DNA of 63,982 bases, the filler included, from Gonapodya sp. JEL0774 (lineage: Eukaryota): the NCBI GenBank assembly GCA_027604505.1. It is 10 parts of 10 records of this genome, joined end to end, with 100 filler letters (N's around TTAATTAATTAA, not from the genome) between each part and the next. Parts side by side here need not be neighbours in the genome. Positions count along the whole stretch, not along the records: positions 32,408 to 38,763 come from JADIIX010000607.1; positions 38,864 to 45,199 come from JADIIX010000608.1; positions 45,300 to 51,621 come from JADIIX010000609.1; 7 more parts are not named here. One strand, 5' to 3'. The notes beneath the pieces were generated by a model that was not told the origin of the DNA, did no database searches, and was given only the letters and a program-made list of their open reading frames with translations. The position numbers were made by a program, and so were the translations under genes. This document shows positions 32,870-45,333 of the stretch, piece after piece; within the stretch, counting starts at the first letter, position 1, and the number at the start of each line of letters is the position of its first letter.

Positions 32870-33429
32870 TTTTGTGAGTGGAATTTTTCCAAGACTCTGA
32901 ATTTGGAGCAGAGTGTCTGGAATCACAGGGACTTCGGAAAAAGACAAAAAAGGAAGTGTTGTCGAAGGACCTGCCCAGATGCGCCACACCGAAACATCCA
33001 CGATTATTCTCCAAGACCAGTGGGAACGCTCAGATGAAGTAAACTGTAAACCGAGGATAGACTGAATATCACCCGCTTTTTAGGAATGTGGATAAGGCCG
33101 AAGGGAAGAACAGAGCAAGAACACTCGGGGATAGAGGCACGAGAGTCGCAGGATCTTCCGATGTGCATTCTGGTTCATGAGTCTACGTTTAGGGGACTCA
33201 CAGCTCTCTGCTATCTGGGGCTTGGAACTGTTCTTGACGTGTTACCCCAGGGGGTGGGTGGGGTGCGCAGGTGTAGGGGGTTGCATTCCCAACAATATAG
33301 ACAACTAAGACAGAGGTTCGGAAATGAGATACTCAATGGATGGACATATGGTTGGGGGGGAGTTGCCATCACGTGGTTTTCGCATATTGAGAGATGACGT
33401 GTGCTGTTTTCTGCACTTATGAGACGGAC

Positions 33430-35092
33430 ATGGCACACTGTGTGGTCAGCTCCAATCGCTTCATCCGATCATCATTTTCCAAATGCTTTCTGGAAACAAA
33501 GAACAGGCAGAACATTGTGGGCGCTTCTCTTTGCTCGACGATCTGCCGCACTACGTTTTGTCTGCCGATCGTCGCGCTGACGAGTTACATTTTTTGTGAT
33601 CCCTTTCAAGACTCTGGTCCTGGCGAGTTTCCCGCTCAATCCCAGGTCTCAGAGGGAAACAGGGCGGGTTTACAACACCCCATGGGACCTCAGCCAGTGA
33701 GTGAATGGACTTGTGCCTGTGTAAGTCTCCCTTGAGTGCGACCACATCGACAGATTTCCGATCAACTCCCTCTTCCAAACGGACTGCAAGAATACCAGGG
33801 TGCTAGTAAACTCAAAGATAAAGTTGCGGTGAGATTTGTTAGATTTGGATGAAGAGCCTCTGACGTTTCATTCCGGTGCATACGTCATCCTTTCAACAAC
33901 ATGACATCTCCGCTCCGCTTATTTCCTCGCACTCAGCTCATTACCGGAGGCGACTCTGGAATCGGTCGAGCCGTTGCTGTTCTCTTTGCCAAGGAAGGGT
34001 GCCGACTGGTCGCGATCGCTTACCTGGCAGAAGAGCAAAAGGACGCCAACGAAACCAAGAAGATGGTGGAGAAGGAAGGATCAGCGTGCTTGACGATCGT
34101 GAGCTGTTAACACGGCGCATCCTTCAAGAAAATCCGTTCCGCGACCATGAGTTCCATGCACGTTAATCCCGACAGGCGTGCGACATTGCCAAAGGAGAGA
34201 ACGAGTGTCGTCGCATCGTGGACAAAGTCGTCGAATCGCCCGAGTCGGGCGGCAAGATACACGTTCTCGTCAATAACGCCGCGGTGCAGGTGCGTGATCG
34301 AGTTCGATGCGTGCGTGAGATCGCTGTTGGTTGTAGTTCTTGATCCGTGATACGTATATGCAGTTCATGACCGAATCCATCACCGAGCTCGCTTCAGATC
34401 AGCTCGAGCTAACGTTCCGCACCAACATCTTCGCGATGTTTTACCTCGTCAAGCACACCCTACCTCACATGAACGAGGTCTGTGTTTTCCTGTGCAACTA
34501 GCATCACAGTACTTGGATCGATCACCTCTCAAGTGCATGAATCACCCCCGATCCCTATCCACCCGTCTTCGATCTCTCTCACTAGGGTGATTCCATCATC
34601 AACACCACCTCGGTCACCGCTTACAAGGGCAGTCCGTCCCTCCTGGACTACTCGTCCACCAAGGGCGCCATCGTGGCCTTCACTCGCAGTTTGGCCAAAC
34701 AGCTGGCACCCAAGGGGATCAGAGTGAACGCTGTGGCTCCCGGGCCGATATGGTGGGTTGAGCTGATCTGGTTGGAGGAGCCGGCACTTCGTGTTGACGC
34801 AAGATACCGACGAAACTTTCATACGTCAACCAAGGACTCCACTTCAGCCCGTCTCTCGCACGGAGGAAAGTCTCAAAAAGTGGACCAGTGAGGGGGCCCC
34901 GCCTCTGGGGAGGATCGGTCAGCCTGCCGGTGGGTCTTCCTTCATGCCAAACAGCAAGAACCCGATCGGTTTCACTTGCACTCTGCCACAACAGAGGTCG
35001 CCACCTCGTACGTCTTCCTTGCCGCCGCGGACGGGTCATATTTCTCGGGGCAGGTGCTGCACCCCAACGGTGGGGACGTGGTGAACGGGTGA
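33430..35092 (+). CDS. Short-chain dehydrogenase/reductase, YhdF/YdaD (general stress protein 39)-like, multi-exon; start uncertain
   Basis: [63 protein letters not shown] (YxxxK), [26 protein letters not shown]. Confidence 0.92.
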
Positions 35093-37244
35093 GGGACTAC
35101 ACGAGCAACGGGACGGTAGGAAGGGAACGGATTGCCATCAAAGTGTGCAAAGCAATGAAATGAAACCTTTTTGAGGGTTGAGTTGTCTCCTAGTGGTGGT
35201 GCATTGCTTTCAAACTGAACTAGTATCCATCCCATCACGACGGTACACAAGATGATTGGAGTGTTGAGCACGGAGCAAATTCTTGAAATACATATAGTTG
35301 AAGTGACATAACATATTCCGACTTCCAAATTCCTTCCCAACCTCTATTCGAGTCCCATCTAGGTGTTCTAAATTGTTCAGAAATTACGGGACTTAGGCGT
35401 AGCTTCCTCGATTCATCATTATGCATGCCTCTTCCCATTAACAATAACTGCACGAGAATGTCCCTTCCAGCCCTGAATGGCATTGGCCAGTCCGGGTGTG
35501 CAGTGTACCGTAGTAGCCGCTCTGGTTCGTGACCGTTCCCTCGGGCCAGTCTTTCAAACTCTACAATTCAATTCCCATGCATTCTGCAGCGCTCTGATTA
35601 TAGTTGCGGCCCGTCATGTCCTCAACTCGGTGAGCCGGGAGTCCTGGTGACGTACGTTGTTGAGAGTGCGGTGGCCGGGTCGTCACGTCAGAAACGTGTC
35701 ACACTCTAGGCTACAGTACACGCCCAAAAAGAGGCCATCCTGGTACACACCAGGCCGACAGATGTCGCACGTGGGCGGTGGGCGGTGGGCTCAAGGTCCG
35801 ATGTACCCACTGCCCCGTCGGTTTTGGCACATGGAATGGTGCCGGGTGGGATTTGGGAATAGGGACGGACCTGCGGTCTGGGATCCACGATTGTGATTCG
35901 CGATCGGCGTCTTGGCGGGATATCGAACCAACTTACCGGGTTCGTTCGGGGGTTTTTGATTGAGTACGGGTGGGTCACTCATGACTCATGTATACGTATG
36001 TTAGAGGGTGCGCGAGTAAGTCAGTGAAAATTGTTTCGGATGAAAGCTACTTCAAGAAGTGATCAGTTTCATGTTGGGGCGGTGACGTAATTCTGATTTG
36101 TGGATTCCCTCTCTGCGATCTGCAAGAGACTACATACTCGGAACGCACACACATACCAGGAGTGGAATGACAGGTGGCAGCTGGGAAATGGAATCGGGGT
36201 TCCACCGGAGGTGGGAATGACAGGAAGAAGGGGGTTCGTCGTGGATTGCAAGGGAAGGATGGACCGAGATCTGCAGCCGCCTCCTCCTCCTGGAAATAAT
36301 GGAACAGAAATTGATAGTGGGGAGATAAGACACTCATTATATGTATGTATTATACGAATTAGATAAAGAAAGAACGAGCATTTAGTATAAGAAACTCACC
36401 TTTTAAGTCGGAATTTGGACAAAAGTTCAGGGGAGCTCAAAGTCGGAGTCCACAGGTTGCGGGAACGAGCCGAACTCGGTGAGGCAGGGCTGAGGTTTTG
36501 TGACACACAGCACATCGATACAATCCGGAAACGCAGAGCGGACAAAGACAACGTTGAGAAGCGTCAAGGCAGATAAGAAAAAGGACACGCGGCGGGGAGA
36601 AAAAGCGCGCGGGGGAATTTAGGAACGTAGGACGGAGGAAAGTGGTCTGGCGGACCGCCTTTGTGCACCCTCAGTCCCTGGCAACTTGAACCGGTGTCGT
36701 TCCTTAACTTGAATCTGACCGGTGGAGTGGAGCGTTAGGGAGAATCTGAGGAGAGAAGAGCGAGGATACGTGGCAGAGTGAGTGTTGAGGGGAAAGGAGA
36801 GCGGGTAAGAGGGGAGAGCGGGGAAACAGGAGAGACGGACAGGTTTTGGGTGGCAGGAGGCGACGGAGGACTCGGAGGTATTTTGGAGACGCGGGAGAGG
36901 AGAGTGGGAGAGAGGGGGAGGGAGTGGGGAGTGGGCACACAGGGGGAGATGGGGGTGGAGTATGGCATTGGTGTGGGGGTGGGTGGGAGGGAATTGTGGA
37001 GTGCGCAAGGGAGTTGATTCCGGCGTGTTTCAGACCCAGTTTGGGTGAATTCAGAAAGAGTCACTCACTGCAATCTGATGTTGAACTGATGTTGAAGTGA
37101 CGCAGACCTGGAGTTGAAGTGACGTGCATCTGTGGGGAAGCGACGTCTCAACCTCTCCCTCCCACTCCACTCCCCAGCACCCACACACCACACCCACCCC
37201 ACACACCCGCACTACCACCCCAGTGACGACAGTGACCACAGTGC

Positions 37245-38763
37245 ATGGCGATGCCTTCCCCAACCAGAAACTACGCTGACAACTACTACTTCAACTCGTA
37301 CTCAAAACACCACGACTCGCCCACCTCTGCCGCCGCTTCAACGTCCTCCCCTTTCCCCTCCCCTCCCAATCTCAAGTCGTCCCCAAACTCGGTTCGTCGC
37401 GTCTCCTCTGCTGGGTTCAGACCACCTGTGGTCTCCCAAAGGGATCACAGACATCACAACACCTCACCAAAGCACTCCCTCTCAACGTCCCTCAACTCGG
37501 CCACACACCACACTGCACCTGGTCCTGCACCTGCACCTGCACCTCTGACTCACCCACTCCCGCATCCACCACCATGCCCGGTGCATCCTACACTCCGCCC
37601 GCCCAGCCCGCTCCCATCTCGTCCCTCCACCAACCCACACCCATCACCACCACTCCCCACGACCACCCGTCCACCCCCCGCCCATCCCAGCCCCGTCCCC
37701 CGCGCCCCCTCTCCTCCAACTCCGCTCTCTTTTCACCCGCCATCACCCGCTCCTCATCCGCGCCCAAAATATCCTCCCCGCTCCGACGGTCCAGCGTACG
37801 CGCCTCCGCTACCGCCTCCTCCGCGCACGAACAGGAGCACGCACAGGCAGACGTCGTTCATGGCGAGGACGGCGGTTCCACTACCACTACCACGGGTGCG
37901 CCTGCTGATGTGGCACCGCTCCGCACCGACTCCCGCAACAGCGCACGGACCACTGCAACCACCACGTCCGCGTCGAGTACCACTGTGTCCCTCTCATTGT
38001 CAAGCATCGACAGATCGGACTCCATCGCGGACCCGGATCCTGACCCTGCGTCTGCCTCTGCCTCGGTCTCGGTCTCGGGTTCCGGTAACTCGGGTTCCCT
38101 CCCCATCTCCCGCACCACCACGTCCAGTTCCGGCCCGCTCTACTTGCCCACTCGACCACCCGTCGTCGGCGCAGGTGGGGGTAGTGGTACGGGTCGGGGC
38201 GCGGGTACGGGTGTGGGTACAGGAGCGGGAACGGGAGCGGGACTTTCCTCGACACAGGCCACCACCGCCACCACCACATCCACCACACCACCGGCCGCAC
38301 CTGCCCCCGCCCTCACCCCGCCCCCACCCCACCTCGCGTCCCTCGACATCTCACTGACCAAACCCGTGTGCACCATCACGGCGCATCAGGGGCGGACGGT
38401 CGGAGTTGACGGGGTCGGACGTCGTGGGGAACAACCCGGCCGAGAGGAAAAAGTGAAAGTGCCGACCGAGGTGAGTTGGGTTGACCGGTGCGGTGTTTGT
38501 TTGGGTGTGGGTGTGCTGTGCCCGTGTGCCCGACCCCGCGTGGGCCGCATTCGGTGTCCTGTCCTGCACTGCGTCCTGTCCCGAATCTGACTCGTGCCCC
38601 CCGCTCCGATCCACCTCCACCCGGTCCACCACACCCAGGCGTCCCTCCCCCCGCCCACCTCCATACCTTCCCTGCCCACCACACCCACCACACCCACACC
38701 GTCGCCGACTGGCCTTGGTCACACGCTGACCTCCACCGCCGCCACCACATGCACATCCACCGA
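37245..38763 (+). CDS. Hypothetical Ser/Thr/Pro-rich low-complexity protein, 3'-partial
   Basis: Long overlapping ORFs (37245 and 37574) with a frame change near 37570. A GT-AG intron lies at ~38471-38637. Confidence 0.45.
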
Positions 38764-38863
38764 NNNNNNNNNNNNNNNNNNNNNNNNNNNNNNNNNNNNN
38801 NNNNNNNTTAATTAATTAANNNNNNNNNNNNNNNNNNNNNNNNNNNNNNNNNNNNNNNNNNNN

Positions 38864-40508
38864 GCGTTACGGAACATCTACATGCAACTTGCTCCATGTG
38901 GCAATGGAATCGTCGATCGGGATGCTTTTTGTATCGATTGGAATTGGGACTTGATACGGAAGCGATCCACTGGGTGGGGAAGAGTGTTACTGGAGATAGT
39001 GAGTGTTTCGGAATCGCTTCCAATTCAACAGTTGTATGTTCGAATCGACTTTCTATTGGAACGATTCTCAGTTCTTGGCTGCGGTAACGGATATTTCGCA
39101 CGGCTTGGATCAAGTACCGTCCTGGAAACCCCCGGTGGTTCTAACACACACAGACAAGCTCATCACAGAATCCGCAGACAACGTACTATTTGCATTCCGG
39201 ATCCGATCCCATGCAGATCGACTTCTTGAAGAAGCGGGCTTCGCTAAAGATCAAGTGAACAATCAATTGGACTACGCAGGACGGTTGTGGGTATCCTGGG
39301 AAGTTCGAGTCTGTTTATATGAACATTGAACCTCATGTTCTACCCCCGCCAGCATGCATTACTTCCTGAAAACGGCACCATCCATCAACACTCTTGACAT
39401 CGCGCATTGTTTCAGCAAACCGATCCCTTTGCCGGACCTGAACAAGATCCTGTGCTCCGGCCCCTCAACTCGGCTCCCTGGAGATGATTTAGCAAGGAAG
39501 GTCATGCTCATCGATGTTCCTCCTCTTTGGCTGGATAGAACGAAAGAGTTTGTCCGAAAGGTTGTCGCCGACAGACCAGCTGGACCATTGGTTTTGTTCG
39601 CTGTCGAAGAAGGGGAAACACCATCAGAGCAAAATGTCGCCACCAGGCAAAAAGGGAAAGATGCAGTCAGGCGAAGACGCGTTCAGCAGAAAAGCTCAAT
39701 GCAAATTGACGGAAGCTCACTCAACGATAATTGTGGTGTGCCGCCTTCGTATGATGCCATGGATGCTGATCTCAGACAGCCCGAGTTGCCGATGTGTCTG
39801 GGGGAACCTTTCTTGGGGGCTGTGGGTGTTTCGCCTCCCTTTTCACAGAAGCAATCAGGGATTCCCGTAAAAGATCATGAAGTCAACGTAACGGAGGTTA
39901 TTGAAAGAGTCACCACGATACACTCTGCTTCTGCACCACAGCGCCAAGGTGCACCATCGACCAGTCAAATTCGCCTCCCAAGTGAATCTCAACCCTCTCT
40001 GCCGACATTTGCACCCGATTCCGGCGGCAAAGTTCCCAATTCCCAACTCGGATCAAATTTTGATCCACAATATCCTACAATTCTGTACATAGCCGCCCGC
40101 TGCATATCGTTCTCTGCCATTGCATTCTACTTTTATAATCGCGGATCTTTAATCTCTGGCTCTGCCATTTGTGAATTAATTACCCTCAACGGTCAAACGA
40201 AGCCGGAGAATCAGAGTTCAGTGATCAGTGAGCCGAGCACTTCAGGGACAAAGGAGGCGTATACCCATGCCAGGGATCGGATGGCACCCTCTATGACTTT
40301 CACTGAAACTCATACACATCTGGACAGGAACTTTAATTTCCTGAGGACTTTCGGTGACGATTTGGCACAGCTGCGAATGCGGATGGAGTACACGGCATTT
40401 TTAGAGAGTGACAAGTTCATGTCAGATTGGACGCTGACGGTATACGACATCATCAAGTCCTTGTACAGCGAGGAGATTGCTAGGGTGGACAAAGACAAAC
40501 CATGGTGA
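38864..40508 (+). CDS. Hypothetical protein, probably 5'-partial
   Basis: 384-aa terminal ORF (39354-40508) preceded by an open exon-like frame and a CAG acceptor at ~39352. No family recognised. Confidence 0.55.
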
Positions 40509-40908
40509 TTAGACCGTGAAAACTCTCCGTTCGGGTTACAATATTATCTTGTCGTGGACTATCATGGCATGTTCCACAATCACTTTCCCCGTGGGCCAGA
40601 GTTCTTAGGTACTACACTTGCACCTCTCACCGACAGCCTATAGTAGTGGAATGAAACCAACCATTTGCATTGGTGGGAGCAACAAATTGAATCGAACTTA
40701 GCTCCTCATCCGGTTATCTAGTAATAGACCTAAACTCATAATACTATTTACATTCATCAATAATCTCAATTCCTTCGTGAGTCTGCTTGATGTCACACAA
40801 ATCCATGTTGGTGTGACTGTGTGATCGATCTATCGCGGAGGGAACTGCGTTATCACGTCTACTGAGAATGAAACCCCCCAAAACATCCTATCATCCTCAA
40901 AGTCCTCC

Positions 40909-41880
40909 ATGCAGAGTTCACTTCCGCTGCTGTGCCTAGCGTCTTTTGTTATTTCCTTGGCCTTTGGAGTACTGGCTCGGCGCGCTTTTGTTCCAGCTGA
41001 TCAAAACTCGACCACGTCAAACTCCCCGAATGACAAAGCAGATGCTGGAGTCGAGGAACCGAAAGTACAATCAATCGCATTACCGGCTGCGGAGACTGCT
41101 ACAACTGCTGCACCAGCTGGAATGGGAGGAGGCCGCGCTAGTGACGAAGAAGAGGAGGATTCCGAGGAGTATGAGGATGAAGGAAGTTGGGAGGATATTG
41201 GCGCCGCACCCAAAGAGGAGCACAAACTGGTACGAGTTCATCGAAGAAATCAGCGCGCCTTTTATATCTATTAGATTGCTCTTCCCGGCTTTCAGGTTCT
41301 CGTCATTCGAACTGACATCCCACTCTCGAAGTCCCAAGTCGCCGGTGCCGTGAGTAAAACAATTGGTGTCATTGCAAAATAGTGAGCTACTGATCAAAAT
41401 TCTCAGTGTGCTCATGCCACACTCGCAAGCTATGACTCCCTTTCAAACCGACCAGAAGGACCCGCAACACTCAAGGCGTGGGAAAAGTACGGGCAGGCCA
41501 AAATTACTCTCAAGTGCAACTCTGAGGAAGAAATGTAAGCAAAAAAGCTCACGGAGCACATCAGAGTCCGCAATTTGTCTTCGTGCCGGGTTGCTTACTG
41601 GGATTCATCGCGACTTCACAGGCTCACACTCTTCTCCACTGCACAATCCATTAATCTCACTGCGGTGATTGTATCAGAAGGTGCTGGTGGTCATGATGTG
41701 TCGTCCTCCTTCTCAGGTGTCACAACGTCACGAGTAAGGCTGGTCCTCGCAGTTGGGCCAGGTGAAGATTATGCATGCTCTATTTAAGTGCGCAATATTG
41801 ACCAAAATCTCCTGTTGCGCTGCCATTTAGGCCCCAAATCCACCGTGACAAAGGTGACAGGGCACCTCAAACTTTATTGA
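40909..41880 (+). CDS. Peptidyl-tRNA hydrolase 2 (Pth2/Bit1)-like protein with N-terminal TM anchor and degenerate active site, 5 exons
   Basis: KL|VLVIRTD, CAHATLA, WEKYGQAKITLK, LVLAVGP|GPKSTVTKVTGHLKLY* match the Pth2 fold motifs. Confidence 0.88.
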
Positions 41881-41957
41881 ACCATGCCCTGAGGGAACAA
41901 CACCGTTTTAAAATCCCATAAAAGAAATGCCCTATGGAACTTAGATGACCGTGATAT

Positions 41958-43112
41958 CTACAAGGCTACGCACGTGTTTGTGTGTCGTGCGGGTGGATGG
42001 GTAAACGGGGAGAAGTATGTCACTTGAAAAACAGGACAACCGAGAGTTTCCCAACTGGATACTACAGCTGTCAGCAGTTTACAAGTGGCAGAATGGTTTG
42101 CCTGCACAGGGCAACGGAAATTCTTCGCAGTGCGATACAGTTTATGGAGCCGTCCATGTTCGTGGTAGCGTCTTGGGGTAGAATATGTGGACAAATTGGT
42201 CTATTATTTTGCGCATTTTCAATGTAACAATAGCGAAGACATACAGACGGCTGCATTTTGATAATCAGTGTTTCATTCGCAGCGAATCTGCTTGAAGTTT
42301 GCCGGCGAGTAATATGTCTTTCAGAAAGAGGATACAGCGAGGTATCAGTAAGATGATTCTCCATTCCAGAACTGAGCTAACCAGCCAGTCATGCTCCTGA
42401 GCTAATTTGCATGCCAGTTGAAGCTGATGCCGACTTACGGATGGTTTCGGGACGCCATTTGCACACACCAGATGCTTTGCGTCATAAATGTTCAGCAAAG
42501 CAACGACTGTATGATGTGTGAGGAGGCGTCGGTTGTATTTGAGAGCGAAAACAAGGGGGTGCCACGTGGTTGGAAGCTCCACGAACTGTCCGTCGTAAGA
42601 AATCTCGGTGCCCAAGAAATCTGCACTTCCTGATATCCAGTCGACCTCCAGGAGCGGCATGCACGGGCCCTCTTTTAGGGCGTGAAGAAAATCCACATCT
42701 TTTCGCGTTAGGTTTCCAGTCCCTCCCGCAGATGTGACAGATATACAGATGCGGCTTAAGCCACGACCAGTTCGGTCACCAACTAAAGGCTGAGATGCTT
42801 GTATTCCGCGATCAACGCTGGTCCTGACAAGCTCCTCGAAGAAAGTGTCGCGCGACAGGGAAAAGTCCCACTTAGCAGCCGTGTGGTCCTCGGCCCACAT
42901 GCTTCTGGTCCACAAGGGTACTCTATCCGTATTGAGTGTTATGGGACCGGAAAATTGTCGTTTCTGCGACTGTCGTATCAGAAACTTTGCGCGAGTAGCG
43001 GACGCCCAGAAATGTCCAATAGAGCTCGACAGACGTGCGAAAGCGCTTGCGCAACATGTGGGTCACAAAGAGAGAAAATGATCTCCTGCAGCTCAAGGGG
43101 AAGTTGCTTCAT
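41958..43112 (-). pseudogene. F-box-containing protein with an apparent 1-nt frameshift (pseudogene or assembly error)
   Basis: MKQLPLELQEIIFSLCDPHVAQALSHVCRALLDIS (F-box-like) stops near 43000. The expected continuation (ATRAKFLIRQ..., ORF 42265-42915) is in a shifted frame that has an upstream stop. Confidence 0.55.
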
Positions 43113-43197
43113 CTAAAGCGATTGAATGGTGAGGTCCCTTCGGCACAACTTGATCATGTATAAAGTTTTGCCGTCCCGCTAAAAGCTGCTGGAGAAC

Positions 43198-44224
43198 ATG
43201 TCCAACTATCTTCGTAATCTGTTTGGACAATCAAGCAGCCGCGGGTACCAGGCTTTAGAGTCAGGAACCCGTGGCGAAGGACGGTCTGGACCTGAGCAAT
43301 CTGGTGGGACTTTCGGCAGAATCGCTGGTTGGTTTGAAAGTAATGCGACAAGTCAAGAAGCACAAGAAGCGGAGCCATCTGAGGTACGTTTTCAAATGCA
43401 ATTTCAGCTCCATGGGGCTCAATTACAGCTAATAGTGACAAACTACGCCAGTTCGCGGAACTGTGCAAGTTTGAACTTACGTGGACTGAACGACTCTATG
43501 GATTCGGTAAGAGACGAAGAATACGCTGACAAGTGTTGGATTGACATAAATCACATCGACCTCATCCCTCAAGCTATTTCATTTGCTATCGGCACCCTGC
43601 TTTCCCTTCTTGTGAGCATGTGCTGCCCCTCAACTTTTTACAGTAATCCACTTTCATCGTTATTTTTCAGTCCACCCTAACGTTGTCCACTCTCAATTTG
43701 CGTGGATTTGCGATCTTATACACCTTGGGGAATGTAGTCTCGATGTTGGGGTAAGCATTTCCCAGGCCGACTTTATCATGCGTGTTTCTATCATGAATCT
43801 TCTTTTTTTCACTTCCAGAACCGGTTTCCTTACGGGATTTGTTAGACAAATGAAGGTTAGTGGGTCTCCGTACAGTCCCAGATATGTAGTGACCCCAGAA
43901 ATATGGTGTCGCCCTCCATGTCCCAGACGATGTTTGATTCAAGCCGAGCTCTAACATCCACCATCTACCTCGGCTCACTTGCCATGACGCTCATCTCAGG
44001 CTTAGTCATCCGAAGTGTCATTCTGACGCTGATTTTTGTCATCATACAGTTCGGAGCAATGTGTTGGTGAGTGCCGACCAAGTGATTCCACTGCCCGCGA
44101 ATCGAACGATGATGGAATACCCCTTGATACTACCAGGTATTGTCTGTCGTATATTCCAGGAGGTCGTGACGTAGCATCGCACATAATCGGGGGTTTTCTT
44201 AGCCGTGGTCAAGTTCAAATATAA
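43198..44224 (+). CDS. Got1/Sft2-family vesicle transport protein (SFT2D-like), multi-exon
   Basis: LTWTERLYGF, FAILYTLGNVVSMLG, TGFLTGFVRQMK, MFDSSR, IIQFGAMCW|YCLSYIPGGR. Confidence 0.9.
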
Positions 44225-44375
44225 CAGACAGTTTACAACGCTCTCGGCTCCCGCATTTTATTGAAGGAAAACGCCATCAAAATCTATTATGTTTGGATAT
44301 GCTGGCTTTCACCTCGATACAGCCGGTGATCCATGACATGCCGACCCGGCACCCTCGGGGCACCACCGGTCCGAA

Positions 44376-45199
44376 TTAATCCACAAACTTCCATGTGCTC
44401 AGCCACTGTCTCCCTTCCCACTGTCTTGCGGGCCCCTTCATCCCAAACGCGAAGTCCTTGAAGTACCATCCCGTAGCCCACACGATCGACGCGCAAGCGA
44501 CGAACGCCACATCTTGCAGGATCGGATGGCGGAGCCAGCGACGAGAAATGTGGTCAAACATGAAACAAGCCTCTAGTATTGCGAAGTAGAGGGCGGGGAA
44601 GTAGTGGTGGAGGCTTATAACGGCGGTTAGCGATCGGTAGATGGCGCGTGCACGGCGATACACAATAATACTCACTATGTAACCCGGCCCATGAGGAAGA
44701 ATGTTAGGTAATGAAGGCACCACCCTAAAAACGAGATCTGCAATCCTCCGAACATGTAATCCCGGATCTCACCTGGGTAAATGATGACAATGATCTGTTG
44801 TAGGGGCGAGCGAGTGACACAGAACGCACTTTTCTCAAACTCACGTTTCGTGGGATTCAGTATGCCTCGTTGCCACAATAGGGCGTATATCCCTGTCAAC
44901 CCGACGAAGGCGGCCAAGCTTGCTGCACCACTCCACCACACAATAGGGTTCCCCAATAAAAAGTATTTGATGCTGTTTTCCCCCCACCCACACATACGTA
45001 ACCCAACACTTGCCAAAGGCCACTGGGGGGGCGTGGATACGATGGCGTCAGGCTCTTTGTCCGGGTCGGGAGTGAGCGCATTGTTGGAGGTCCACATCGC
45101 AACGTTGAGATCGATGAAGTCACGGAAGAACGAGGATCGGTATGCTGACTTGGGACCACGGGGAACTAACGAGAGGGGCGCGTGCGGGGTGGGTGGGGG
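44376..45199 (-). CDS. PMT2: Dolichyl-phosphate-mannose protein O-mannosyltransferase, PMT2 subfamily, C-terminal fragment
   Basis: MWTSNNALTPDPDKEPD..QWP..GLRMCGW..YFLLGNPIVWW, GWCLHYLTFFLMGRVT, LHHYFPALYFA, QWLSTW. Confidence 0.9.
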
Positions 45200-45333
45200 N
45201 NNNNNNNNNNNNNNNNNNNNNNNNNNNNNNNNNNNNNNNNNNNTTAATTAATTAANNNNNNNNNNNNNNNNNNNNNNNNNNNNNNNNNNNNNNNNNNNNC
45301 ACTCGCGGCTTTGCTCCTCCGCGCGCCTTCCCA

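Noticed and set aside
37245..37600. Programmed frameshift between the ORFs at 37245 and 37574
   Set aside because: No slippery site recognised. An indel error in C-rich sequence or an alternative start is more likely.
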